Below are positions 37,250-49,300 of a DNA stretch of 64,000 nt, one piece after another. Under the pieces are notes generated by a model. It had not been told where the DNA came from and did no database searches. It saw nothing but the letters and a program-made list of their open reading frames with translations. The DNA lies in contig JANJGN010000021.1 in the NCBI GenBank assembly GCA_026770705.1, positions 104,904,001 to 104,968,000 of the forward strand, read 5' to 3'. The position numbers and the translations under genes were made by a program. This stretch comes from Isurus oxyrinchus. Taxonomy: Eukaryota. Position 1 is the stretch's first letter. Every line of letters begins with the position of its first letter.

Positions 37250-37975
37250 CCAACAAAAAGGAATTTAACTAACTCCAGATGGCATTCCATGCAATGTTCC
37301 AGTGAAGCCCAACGCAACTGGAGGAACAGCACCTCATCTTTTCAATAGGCACTAAACAGCCTTCTGGACTTAACATTGAGTTCAACAACTTCAGAACATG
37401 AACTCTCTCCTCCATCTTCGCCCCCTTTATCCACTTTTTTCAATGTTCATTCTTATTTCTTAATTTTTATTTTTTAATTTTATTTTTTATCCACTTATTT
37501 TTATTATTATGTATTTTCATTTTAATTAATTGTTTTATCCCCACCTCATATCCTGTTTTCAATCTTTCTCCTACCACAGTCCCCTCCCCCTAACCCACCC
37601 CCACTAGGACCATCTGTCACTTTTTCATGTTGTTGTTTCCAGAGTGCTTATCCTTGTCCTGCCATTATCACATTCTGCTTTCTCACCTTAATGCCACCAT
37701 CAACACCTCCGATAGCCAATACCACGATCATTAACACCCCTTTGTCCTTTTGCCCATGACATCTCTGACAATCTCCCCTTTGCCTCCACCTATCACTGGC
37801 CATCTATCCAGCTTCACATTCTCCACGGCTCTTAAACAGTATAAATGTCATTATATTTTAACTTCTATTTAGCTCTGAAAAAGAGTCAGAAGGATTCGAA
37901 ACGTTAATTCTTTTTCCCCCTCCACAGATGCTGTTAGACCTGCTGAGTTTTTCTAGCATTTTCTGTTTTTGTATA
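37250..37975 (+). mobile_element. Penelope-like retroelement 3' fragment (GIY-YIG C-terminal remnant)
   Basis: LEEQHLIF...QPSGLNIEFNNF remnant at ~37318-37395, followed by the family's characteristic tail. Confidence 0.7.
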
Positions 37976-38274
37976 AGAAACAATATGTAGTTATAGAGCA
38001 TCATGGCAGGTTTTCTTATGATATTACAAACGGATTCACAATCAATAAATCATTTTTGAAGTGTTATGTTATGTTATGTAGTTCCACAGAGGAAGACGCC
38101 ATAAATGGGTTAAGACCATAAGACATAGGAGCAGAAATTAGGCCATTCGGCTCATCGAGTCTGCCCCGCCATTCAATCATGGCTGATAAATTTCTCAAAC
38201 CCATTTTCCTGCCTTCTCCCTTAAATTTAAGCTTACATGTGTTCCATTGATTTGATGATGCTGGCTCAGGGATA

Positions 38275-41200
38275 ATCACAGAATCACAGAATCAGCCCCT
38301 TGGGTTTGCACCGACACGTGAGAAATACCTGACCTACCTACCTACCTAATCCCATTTACCAGCATAAGACCTTGAGTGTTATGGCGTACCAAGTGCTCAT
38401 CCAGGTACTTTTTAAAGGTTGTGAGGCAACCCACCTCCACCACCCTCCCAGGCAGCGCATTCCAGACCATCAGAACCCTCTGGTTAAAAAGTTTTTCTCA
38501 CATCCCCCCTAAACCTCCTGCCCCTCACCTTGAACTTGTGACCTTTCGGAACTGACCCTTCAACTAAGGGGAACAGCTGCAACCTAAGCACCCTGTTCAT
38601 GCCCCTCATAATCTTATACACTTTGATCAGGTCGTCCCTCAGTTTTCTCTGCTCCAATGAAAACAACCCAAGTCTATCCAACCTCTCTTCATAACTTAAA
38701 TGTTTCGTCCCAGGCAACATCCTGGTGAATCTCCTCCAGTGCAATCACATCCTTCCTATAATGTGGCGACCAGAACTGCACACAGTACTCAAGCTCTGGC
38801 CTCATCAAGGTTCTATACAACTCCAACATGACCTCTCTACTTTTGTAATCTATGCCTCGATTGAGAAAGACAAATGTCCCATATGCCTTTTTCATCACCC
38901 CACTAACATGCCCCTCCGCCTTCAGAGATCTACTGGCAAACACGCCAGCGTCCCTTTGTTCCTCAGAACTTCCTAGTGTCATGCCGTTCATTGAATAATT
39001 CCTTGTCAAATTACACCTTCCAAAGTGTATCACCTCACATTTTTCAGGGTTAAATTCCATCTGCCACTTATCTGCCCATTTGACCATCCCGTCTATATTT
39101 TCCTGTAGCCCAAGACCCTCAACCTCACTGTTAATCACCCGGCCAATCCTTGTGTCATTCGCAAACTTACTAATCCTACCCCCCACACAGTCATCAATGT
39201 TGTTTATATAAATGATGAATAATAGGGGACCCAGGACAGATTCTTGTGGAACACCACTGGACACTGGCTTCCAGTCACTAAAGCAACCTTCTGCCATCAC
39301 ACTCTGTCTCCTACAACTAAGCCAATTTTGAATCCACCTTATCAAATTGCCCTGTATCCCATGTGTATTTGCCTTCTTTATAAGTCTCCCATGTGGGACC
39401 TTGTCAAAGGCTTTGCTGAAATCCATATAAACTACATCAACTGCACTACCCTCACCTACACACCTGGTCACCTCCTCAAAAAATTCAATCAAATTTGTTA
39501 GGCATGACCTCCCTCTGACAAAGCCATGCTGACTATCCCTGATCAAAGCTTATCTCTCCACGTCGACATAGATGCTCTCCTTCAGAATTTTCTCCAATAG
39601 CTTCCCTACCACGGATGCGGGACTCACTGGCCTGTAGTTCCCTGGCTTATTTCTACAACCCTTCTTAAATAGTGGAACCACATTAGCTGTTCTCCCGTCC
39701 TCTGGCACCTCCCCAGTAACCAGAGAAGAATTAAAAATTTGGGTCAGAGCCCCTACGATCTCCTCCCTTGCCTCCCTCAGCAGTCTGGGACAGAAATCAT
39801 CCAGACCTGGAGATTTGTCCACTTTCAGGTCTACCAACACCTCCAATCCCTATACCAATTTGCACAAGAATCTCGCAATCTCTGTCCCCGAGTTTGATAC
39901 CTTGATCTTCATTCTCTTGGGTGAAGACAGATGTGAAGTATCCATTCAATCCTCTATCGATGCCCTCTGGCCCCACCCTTAGATTGCCCCTTGGTCCCTA
40001 ATGGACCCTACTCTTTCCTTGGTTATCGTCTTCCCATTGATATTGTTATAGAATTTCTTGGGAGTTTTCCTACTTTTACCAGCTAGAGCTTTCTCATATC
40101 CTCTTTGCTCTCCTAATTGCTTTCTTAAGCTCCATCCTACACTTTCTGTACTCTACTAATGCCTTCTCTGATTTGCTCCCCATGTAACTGCTAAAAGCTC
40201 CTCCTTTCCTTCTCATTGAATCCCGAAATTCTCTGGTTATCCATGGTTCTCTGGCCTTATTACTTCTTCCGATCAGCCTAGAGGGAACATGTTGAGCCCA
40301 TACCCTCCTCATTCCCTTTTTGAATGCTCACCACTGCTCTTCTGTAGATTTCCCCACAAGTAGCTGTTCCCAGTCTACCTTGGCCAGATCCTGTCTTATT
40401 TTACTGAAATACACTCTCCCCCAATCTAAAACATTATTTTGCAACTTGTCTATTTCTTTGTCCATTACAAGCATAAATTGTACCATGTTGTGGTCGCTAT
40501 CACCTAATTGCTGCCCCACCACCACCTCTGCCATCTGTCTGGCTTCATCCCCCAGAATTAGTGGCAGCACTGCGCTGTCCTTTGTTGGACTGCACTAGCA
40601 AACCCACTCGCAAGGATGTTAGTCCCACTCTGGTTCAGATGTAGACCGTCCCTCTTGTAAAAGTCCCACCTTCTCCAGAAACGTTCCCAGTGGTCCAGGA
40701 ATCCAAAACCCTCCCTCCTGCACCAATTCTTAAGCCACATATTCATTTGTGCCATTCTCCTATTTAAGTGCTCACTAGCACGTGGCACTGGGAGTAATCC
40801 AGAGATTAGAACCTGAGAGGTCCTGCTTTTCAGGCTACTGCCTAACTCCCTGAATTCTTGATGCAAGACCTCATCCCTCTTTCTACCTATGTCATCGGTA
40901 CGAACATGTACCATGACCTTTGCCTTATCACCACTCCCTTCAGGGTCCCATGCAATCGTTCTGTGACATACCGGACCTTGGCACCAGGGAGGCAACACAT
41001 CATCCTGGAGTCACATTGACAGCTACCGTAGAGCCTATCTGTTTCCCTGACTATAGCATCCCCTATTACTATTGTTCTTCCTCTCTTCCACCCCTCCTGT
41101 ACAGGAAGGCTGCTTGTGGTGCCAGATGCTTTGCGAGCGGAACGCCAGGGTGCTCCTGAACTACCTGCCTGTTTCTCTTGGATTGCCTGGTGGTCACCCA

Positions 41201-41800
41201 TTCTCTTTCTTCCTCAAGTCCCTTCAGCTGTGGTGTGCCCACATCTCTAAATGTGCTACCTATGATGCACTCAGACTCGCGGATGCTCCACATTGTCCCC
41301 AGCCGCCGTTCTAGCTCTGAAACCCAAGCTTCCAGAAGCTGCAGCTTGACACACTTACTGCACACATGTTGGTCCCAGGCACTGGAAATTTTCCCAGCTT
41401 TGCACATGGAGCACGAGGACCACGACTTTGAGCTGTCCTGCCATTGTATATCCCTTTATATTAATTGCTTTAGGGACCTTCTTTCCTGATCGTCATTACC
41501 ACAGACTATACAAACTCTAAGCCACAAAAATACCTTAATCTATAAGTGATAAAAGTAGTAAATACTTACCTGACCTTACCCACTTCTTACCAGCCATTTC
41601 TCTCCCTTGTAGCCTCTACTGCTGCAGCAGGGCAAGACCACTCTCTGAAGATTTAAGAAGTTGGATAGCAAAGAAAAAAATGCAAAGAGCACCTCTTCCC
41701 CTCTGCACCGATTCCCACTGTGCACCAAATTGCTAATACCCACACTCACTCTGGCTGTGTCTCACTCAGGATGAGGTCTTTCCCCTGCTCGTGTGCAAGC
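38275..41800 (-). mobile_element. Near full-length CR1 LINE: ORF1 (zinc finger/coiled coil + SGNH esterase), ORF2 RT, internal deletion of most of the endonuclease
   Basis: ORF1 CSMC...HVCSKC...LLEAWVSELERRL, IVIGDAIVR and DGLHLN. The 285-aa RT fragment (38689-39546) contains QHGF, YMDFSKAFDKVPH, GVPQESVLGP and KFAND. Confidence 0.93.
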
Positions 41801-43474
41801 ACACTGAGTATTGGAAGTATAAGCAGGAGAAGGTATTAGTATTAAATATTGAAATACTGAAGGATCTCCCTGCTCTGGGATATTTCAGTTACGCCCAGTT
41901 TAATACCTGATTTGAGGAACTTCAACACTCACAATACAATATTTTGTTAAAGTGCCCCCTCTAGATTATGGTAATTATCCCATTTCTCATGAAGAGTCAA
42001 TTTAGACTAGAAACGTCAATTCTTTTTCTTTCTCCACAGGTGCTGCTGAGTTTTTCCAGCCTTTTCTGTTTTTCTTGCCTCTTCATGGTGGCTTTAATTC
42101 CTGCAACGGGGTTTGAATCTACAGTGAGGCTTGCTAGTAATTAAAATGAGGAAACACCTTATTAAGGAGTATGAATGAATGGGATTCTAGATAATAGGTA
42201 ATGAAGAGTTGTCACTGGAACAGGCAGGGTAATCAAAACGACTTTTTTGCCTTGAAATTTCTAAAATTCTATGGGAAAAAGCAAGATCAATGAATGAACG
42301 TTTCCTTATAATAAAATTGTGGATGTCTGTGTGCATGCTTTTGTTTTCTTTCCCTACACTATATCAAGTCAAAAACGTCTCCCTTATACTTGAAGAGTTA
42401 GAACTCCAGAAATCTGGCAGTTCTGAAGAAGAGTAAAATTTGATTTGAAACGTTGACTCTGCTTCTTTCTCCACAGATGCTGCCAGACCTGCTGGGGTTT
42501 TCTCTGTTCCTATTTCAGAACTCCATACAGGACTGCAGAGGTTATGACCAGTGCCTCAGGAAGTAATATATACCTTTAGTACACACTGTCTCTCTGCAAA
42601 TGCAACCTAGCATTCATCATTCTCAGAGGACAGGTAAGAGTCAACGACGGTGATGCGGCTCTGGGGTGACATATAGACCAGAGCAGCCAGGGGTCCTTAA
42701 AGAACTTTCCAACTTTCGAGATCCAGAGGGCAGAGATTCAAAGTGATCGTCAAATGAACCAACGATGACACGAGGGAAACCTTTTCTACACAGCGAGTGT
42801 TGAGGATGTGGAATAACAGTGTCGTGAAGGCAGATTCAATCGTGACTTTCAAAAGGAAATTCGATATTTATCTGCAGAGAAACGGAAACGAATGACAGCG
42901 CTCCGGGGTAGAGGTGGGTGAGTGGGACTAACTGAGTTTGCCTTGCAGAGAGCTGGCACTGACATAACGGGCAGAATGGCCTTCTTATGTGTTGTAACCA
43001 TTCGACGATTCTATGAACCATAGAGTTTGTACGACAATCCGGTAGGCTTATGTTCACCACTGAGCGACTTTAACATCTTTATTCCTTATTTATTAATGAA
43101 TTTAAATTCTGCAGCTATCCTGGAGGAAGTTGAACTCCTCCACCAGGAGCGTCCTTCCAGGTTCCTAACCCAGGAACAAAGCTGCCACGCTACTGTTCTC
43201 ACGAATTGATTTTTTTTTAGTGCTTAGCAGTATTGAATTGAATCTATCATATACCGCCCGCGTGTCTAGAAGCCAACAGCCTTCTTATTCTGGTTATGCT
43301 ATGTTTATTTATTGTGTTTGTTCATGTTGATATATTTACACTTGGCAGGCCCCCCCACCCCCACCACCTCCTCCCCAACACCAACACCCCCCACCCCCCT
43401 CCCCCACCCCACCACCAACCACCCCCCCCCCCCACCCCCCCCCCCCCCCCCCCCCCCCCGCCCCCGGGCCCCGG

Positions 43475-43800
43475 TGTGGGAGAGGTTAGAACTAGGGGAC
43501 ACAGTTTAAAGACAATGCGTCTCTCATTGAAGACGGAGATGAGGAGAAATTTTTTTCACTCCTTCAGAGGATCGTGAATCTTTGGAACTCTCTTCCCCAG
43601 AGACCGGCGGAGGTTGGGTCATTGAATATTTTTAAGGCAGAGGTAGATGGATTCTTGACGAACAAGGGGGTCAAGGATTGTAGGGGGTAGGCGGAAATTG
43701 GAGTTAAGGCCACAATTAGGTCAACCATGATCTGAATGAATGGCGGAACAGGCTCGAGGGGCCGAATGGCCTACTCCTGCTCCTATTTCGTATGTTCGTA
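43475..43800 (+). mobile_element. CR1 3' tail preceded by a poly-C tract
   Basis: Same 3' end as ~6060-6385 and ~47320-47670; C-rich run at 43350-43465. Confidence 0.85.
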
Positions 43801-45982
43801 TATTGCGTAAATTGATAAAACTACTTACAGAGTCACTTTGATATGGTTATCCATAACACATTGGGTCAAGTGCACATCCCCTGCTCAAAACCCGGTTACT
43901 TCCTGTTTTACGCTTTTTAAAGTTCTTTTTTTTAAATCAACATGCAGCTCAGAAGATCAGTTTCGGAACTTGCCGGTAATGGTGCATTAACTGGGATAAG
44001 GGGGCGCTGCTGCAAGTGATTCCGGTGTTTTAAAAATCTGGGCTAATGTCGTTTCCTCTATCCTGTGGTTGGACAGTGGCCTGTCTGTCCTTGCGCGCTT
44101 ACTACCCTTTGCAGGCCACGCATTCCCTGGCGATTCTCGTCTATTTCCCGGTGCCGGGAATCAGCGATATGTGCCTCTTTACAGGAGTTTTTGCAGGGCT
44201 TTTTCTCCAAATGAAGAGGTTTGAGCTTTTAATATTGAAAATCAGTCATTCTCAGAACTGGGAAACATGCCGAAGAGGAAGGAATTTTTCGCGGGATGGT
44301 AAAGGACTTTCACATTACGCTGCTGTTGGGAGAAAGAACCTTGGATCTGAATGTGGTAAATGGGAAGGCGATGGGAGTTTGAGCGCGAAACAAGTTTCAA
44401 ATTACGGGCTGAAGGGTGGGTGGGGTGGGGCGGGGGGGTGGGGGTTGGTGGAGGTGAGTGGAGGTGGCGGATGAGAGTGCGATTATTGGCCGACGAATAC
44501 CTGGGAGAGAAAGGAGGCTGATGAGTGTGCCATTTACCGAATTGAAAGTTAAAGATACATTGAGCTACTTTGAAAATAAGATTATAAAATGTACAGAGTG
44601 TGTTCAGTGTAAAATATCACTTAGTTGTCAACGTCTATTTGATCTCATTCTTGTCATTGACAGAGGCAGCGACTAGGTGCTTTCCCCTCACACAAAGTGA
44701 CATCAGTGGTTAAATTGCACCGGTTGCTTTTGCATCACTCCTGGCCCTGGGATTACACATACAGTATCAGAGATCGCCTGACCAAGCGGAAGCAACCGAA
44801 GATTGGAGAGATTGAACGACAAGCAAAGGTAGGATACGACTAATAGTTTCCGTTTCCCACATTTTAAGGTTTGATTTCAACATGACGCACCTGAGAAGAT
44901 AGAAAACTGTAGTCTTTTTTAGGGAGACTAAACTTTAACTGTCACTAATGAGCATGGCACCTTGTCATCTGGTCATTGGATCGGCGTAACGTGGCAGTTC
45001 TTGTGGTGTCAATGTGCAGTTAAATTTCCGAAGGAGGATGTGCGTGTGATTAATAATTTGCCGAGAAGCCGCATTTAGATTTGAAGTCATGAACAATTTT
45101 CACATTAATCGAAAATTTATCTTTAGTACAAATATAATAAAAATATGTTATTCAATTACATTTTAGCACGGCGAAATAAGGTACACATGTTCAAATGTCA
45201 TTGAATTTTATTTGCAGTAGGTCGCTGGACGAATATCAGGAATATACAGTCAGCGAATTTCCATCCGTTGATGCAAATACAATGGCATCACAAAATATGC
45301 ATTATATATAAGTCAGTGAAAAGGCGACTGAAAGGTGATATGAAATTTAACGTGGAAATTGTATGAAGTTCATAATATGTTACACTGTAGGGTCAGTCCA
45401 GTAAAGATCTATATATTTAAACGTTTACACCACAGAATTGAAATGCTGCCACTGTTCAGGTTTCCAATTCACACCTTAGCTCATCGACGTTTACAAGCCT
45501 CCTATAGCGGCGATCTGTATACATGCGGTTAGTTTGTCTGTTACGTGTCTGCGCTCAAAATAGTTCCGATTTGTTCCGACTGTGCACTGCTAGACATGCT
45601 AGTTATTTTCGAATCCGTGTGGTTATTTATAATACGCTTCAATATCTCTGCAAACACTGCACATTGGCCAGATTCATTGAACAGGTGAAAAATATGGACC
45701 AGAAAGAGCTATGCAGTTGCACACCATCAGCTGCCTGCACTTTAAAGCATACGCTTTTGGTATGCAATTATCGTATTTAGTCTTCAACGCTGGTCGTCTT
45801 GAGAGAGTGCTGCCAGGTTTCGTACAATATAGAAATTTGATACAACTGAATAATTTGTCAGGGTACCCCAGGGCTCAGTTAAACGTCAACAATGTTCCAG
45901 TCGTCTGGAGTTATCTAACGACCAGGCCAGGTAAGAATTACTTCCCTTTGGGACATTCATGAATCATGGGGGAGACATTAAC

Positions 45983-46345
45983 GTGGTGGCAATGTGACTG
46001 GACGAAACACCCAGCCTTATATTCTGGGGACAGGGGTTCCAATTCCAATATGGTAGCTGCTGGAATTTGAATGAAATTGAGAAAACTGGAATTATAAAGC
46101 TGGTCTCAGTAATGGTGTCCATGAAACTATCATCGATTGTATAAGACCCCATCTGGGCCACTAATGTCCTTTAGAGAAGGAAACCTGCCATCCTTAACTG
46201 GTCTGGCCTACATTTGACTCCAGATGCACAGCAATGTAGGTAACTTCTAACGCCCTTGAAATAGCCTGGCAAGTCAGTCGGAACTAAGGGCAATCAGGGA
46301 TGGGCAACAAGTGTGGGCCTTGCCAGCGATGCCCATATCCCATGA
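45983..46345 (+). mobile_element. tRNA-derived SINE, near full length
   Basis: Head gtggtggcaatg...ggggttccaattcc, body cccatctgg...ctaatgtcctttag, and a LINE-shared tail followed by an A-rich end. Confidence 0.8.
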
Positions 46346-49300
46346 GAGAATAAAGAAAAAAAGTGAACCAGTTGTGTTTTTTACGACAATAGCTTCATAG
46401 TCACTTCAATTAATGCTGCATTTTTGCTTAATTTTTCCAAAGCTGAAATTCATAATTTGCAATGGTGGTGATTTGAAATCAATTAGCTGCATTATCAATC
46501 CGGGATCTTGGATCACATGTCCAGCAACATAACCATGTTTGTTAGCACCAGTGAAAGACCACTCTAAATTCATGCTAAGTGCACTGACCACTTCAATCGA
46601 AAGGAAACATTTACTATAGATTTTATTTTCATTTGTAAAGAGCTCTCCCTAAAGCTTTCCGCAACCTGAGACATTCAGTTCAACCACACAATTTCTTTCT
46701 GAACAGAAGCAGTTCCAATTGTAATAATATTGATGTATCAGTTTGGGATGTTTGAATATTATGAATGCCGGCTATCCTCAGCGATTTGTTACAGTAAAAG
46801 GAAGAACAACTGTGTTACTCTGGAAATCATAATCATAGAATTCTTTGCAACTCAAGTGAAGGTATCTCCGGGTTCATATTTGCAGCAGAGGGTTGAGTCG
46901 AGCGCGGCCCATGCAGCGGTCACTGAATATGAATATGAATATCAGTATAGACTGAGGGCACACGTTCCACTTGTGCCGTTTGCCGCCGCGATTAACCGCT
47001 CTCTTCACTCATTCCATAGGCTTGGGCGTAGGAACAAGGAAACCTCGCTCTAACTTTCTAACTTCTGAGATAGTTATTTCCAGGCGAGAGTTTGAGTTAG
47101 TGCATTCGAATTTTTTTCAGGAGGTCCGCGTTTTCACTCAAAAAGAACACACCAATTTAAACAGTGTTGTTCCAGACCGGGGCACCAGCGGCCGCCAAGG
47201 GATTTCAAGCAAGTAGCTGTGTAGATGCAGCGTAAGTAGCTACTTGACCTGCACTTATCAATACACAATTTGAATGGCTAGCCTGATATTTCATAATTGT
47301 GCCAGTTGAATGCACTTTAAGACCCCGAGGGGTCTTGACAGGGTGGATACGGAGAGGACGTTTCCCCTTGTGGGATAATCTAGAACGAGGGGCCACTGTT
47401 TAAACAAAGGGGTCGCCCATTTCAGACAGGGGTGAGGCGCTTATTTTCTCTCAGTGCTCGAGAGTCTTTGGGACTCTCTTCTTCAAAAGGCGGTGGAAAC
47501 AGTGCCTTTGAATATTTTTAAGGCAGAGATTCTTGGGAAACAAGGGCGGTGAAAGGTTTTCGGTGGTCGGTGGGAATGTGGAATTTACAATCAGATCAGC
47601 CATGATTTTACTAAATGGCGGAGAAGGTTCGAGGGGCCGAGTTTCCTACTCTTGCCGCTAATTCGTATGTTGGCATGTGCATACGTATGCATGTGCATGT
47701 GTAACTTCACGTGTTCGGTTCCTTTCTAACGTTGGAGGCGGCGGAACTACCAGTATCACAGACGGGATGACTTGCTAAGGTTTTCACGGCTACAAACGAA
47801 ACATACTACGTGTGATAATAAGCTTCGAACATTTGCAGAGTTACAAGTAACATGTTTTACAAGGAGAACACAATTGCAAGAAAGCTATTTTTATACGGAC
47901 GCCAAATAATTCCGCGCCTGTTGCTTCATCGAGGCGAGATGAGGTGTTATATAAATGTGTAGCTTATCTGTCGATTGACTCGGAATGCAATGCCTAAATA
48001 CCATTACGCTTGCTTCCTAGGAAGTTAGAGCGTGAATCTCAGTATTTTCAGCTTGCTAACTTCACAAGTGCAGTGGGTGGGTTGGGAGTAGGGCGGGGGT
48101 GGGTGGGGGGGGGGTGGGGGGGGGTGGGGTGGTGGCGGTGACGTGGGCACAGGGGGTGGGTTGGGGTCAATGCCTCCGAGCAGATCCGTGAATTATGGAG
48201 GAATGGGTGGAGCAGTCGGCTCAGCCGCGCGGACAGGGGCTAAAAGAAACGCTGTTAATTTGAGCAAATATCCTATTTCTAAAGGGTGGCGACAGAAGAC
48301 GGACACCAGTTCATGTAACAACGTTAGAAAATTTACTAAAACACCCGCCGCGCTCCACCCCCGCTCCCCGCCCCGCCCCGAGCTGACCGAGAGAGCTGCA
48401 GACACCTGACGGGGTGCAAAACTGCTGATAACATAGTAGCGCGACCAAACTGAGAGCGGGCGGTAAGTAGCAACTGAACGTTACATACAATTATGTCACC
48501 ATTTTGGCAACACATGGGTCGATTAAAATATCCTACCCGAACATACACCTATCATAGTGAATCGTTAAAAAAATCCACTTCCTTAAGTACAAATGCAGTC
48601 TTTCTCGGAGCCCCGAAGACACATTGCCATCATTCAGTCAACGTGCCGGTGGGAAGTAAGGCGCCAGATGATATCTGTTTTCTGTAGGACCGCACTGCCC
48701 CTTCACCATGTGATTTTTGTAACATTCGGAATGCAGCTGCAAAACTAACTGTCTGCACCTTTGTGCAGTGCGCGCCACAATCGGCTACCCATCTGGTTAT
48801 GCCCGCTGGAATAGTCATTGTTAAAGAATCGTAAGAATTGGACGAGGTAAGCAGGTTCATCAAATGTTGGTAATGTCCAGTTCAAATGGTCCGGGAATTC
48901 TACTTACGATTTCCCTAGAAACGTTGAACAAGGAAAACTGAACAACGCTTTCAGCATGTTGATTTCGGGGAATGAAAGTGTTCAAATGAGGTTTAGAAAG
49001 GAAGTGGGAGGTGCTCTCTTTAAGGTAGAGGAATTCATTATTCATTACTTTCTTTTGCGTCGATGTCCACAGATTTGACTGGCGTGTTGGGGAGAAGCTG
49101 ATTTTAGACCAGGGACCAGGAGACTAGAGGCAACCTAAGTCGATTATTATTATTACGAAATAGTAATCTTGACATTTTGGCACAAACACTGTGAGGCCGA
49201 TTCCATTTATCTGATTTTGCTTTGTGCGGCAGGTTGAGCAGTGAAATGTCACCCACCTCGGTCTTGAATTCCAGCCAATAGAACAAGGACATGGCACATG

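Noticed and set aside
38689-39546. 285-aa RT ORF as a host gene or active element
   Set aside because: It is part of a frameshifted CR1 with a deleted endonuclease and an altered catalytic motif (FAND).
41560-41595. Cluster of minus-strand gtaag donor motifs as the NCR3-like leader donor
   Set aside because: They lie in the 5' region of the CR1 element, with no signal-peptide-like frame in front.
43296-43577. Proline- and glycine-rich ORFs here and at ~53163-53566
   Set aside because: They are translations of poly-C/G tracts adjoining LINE tails.
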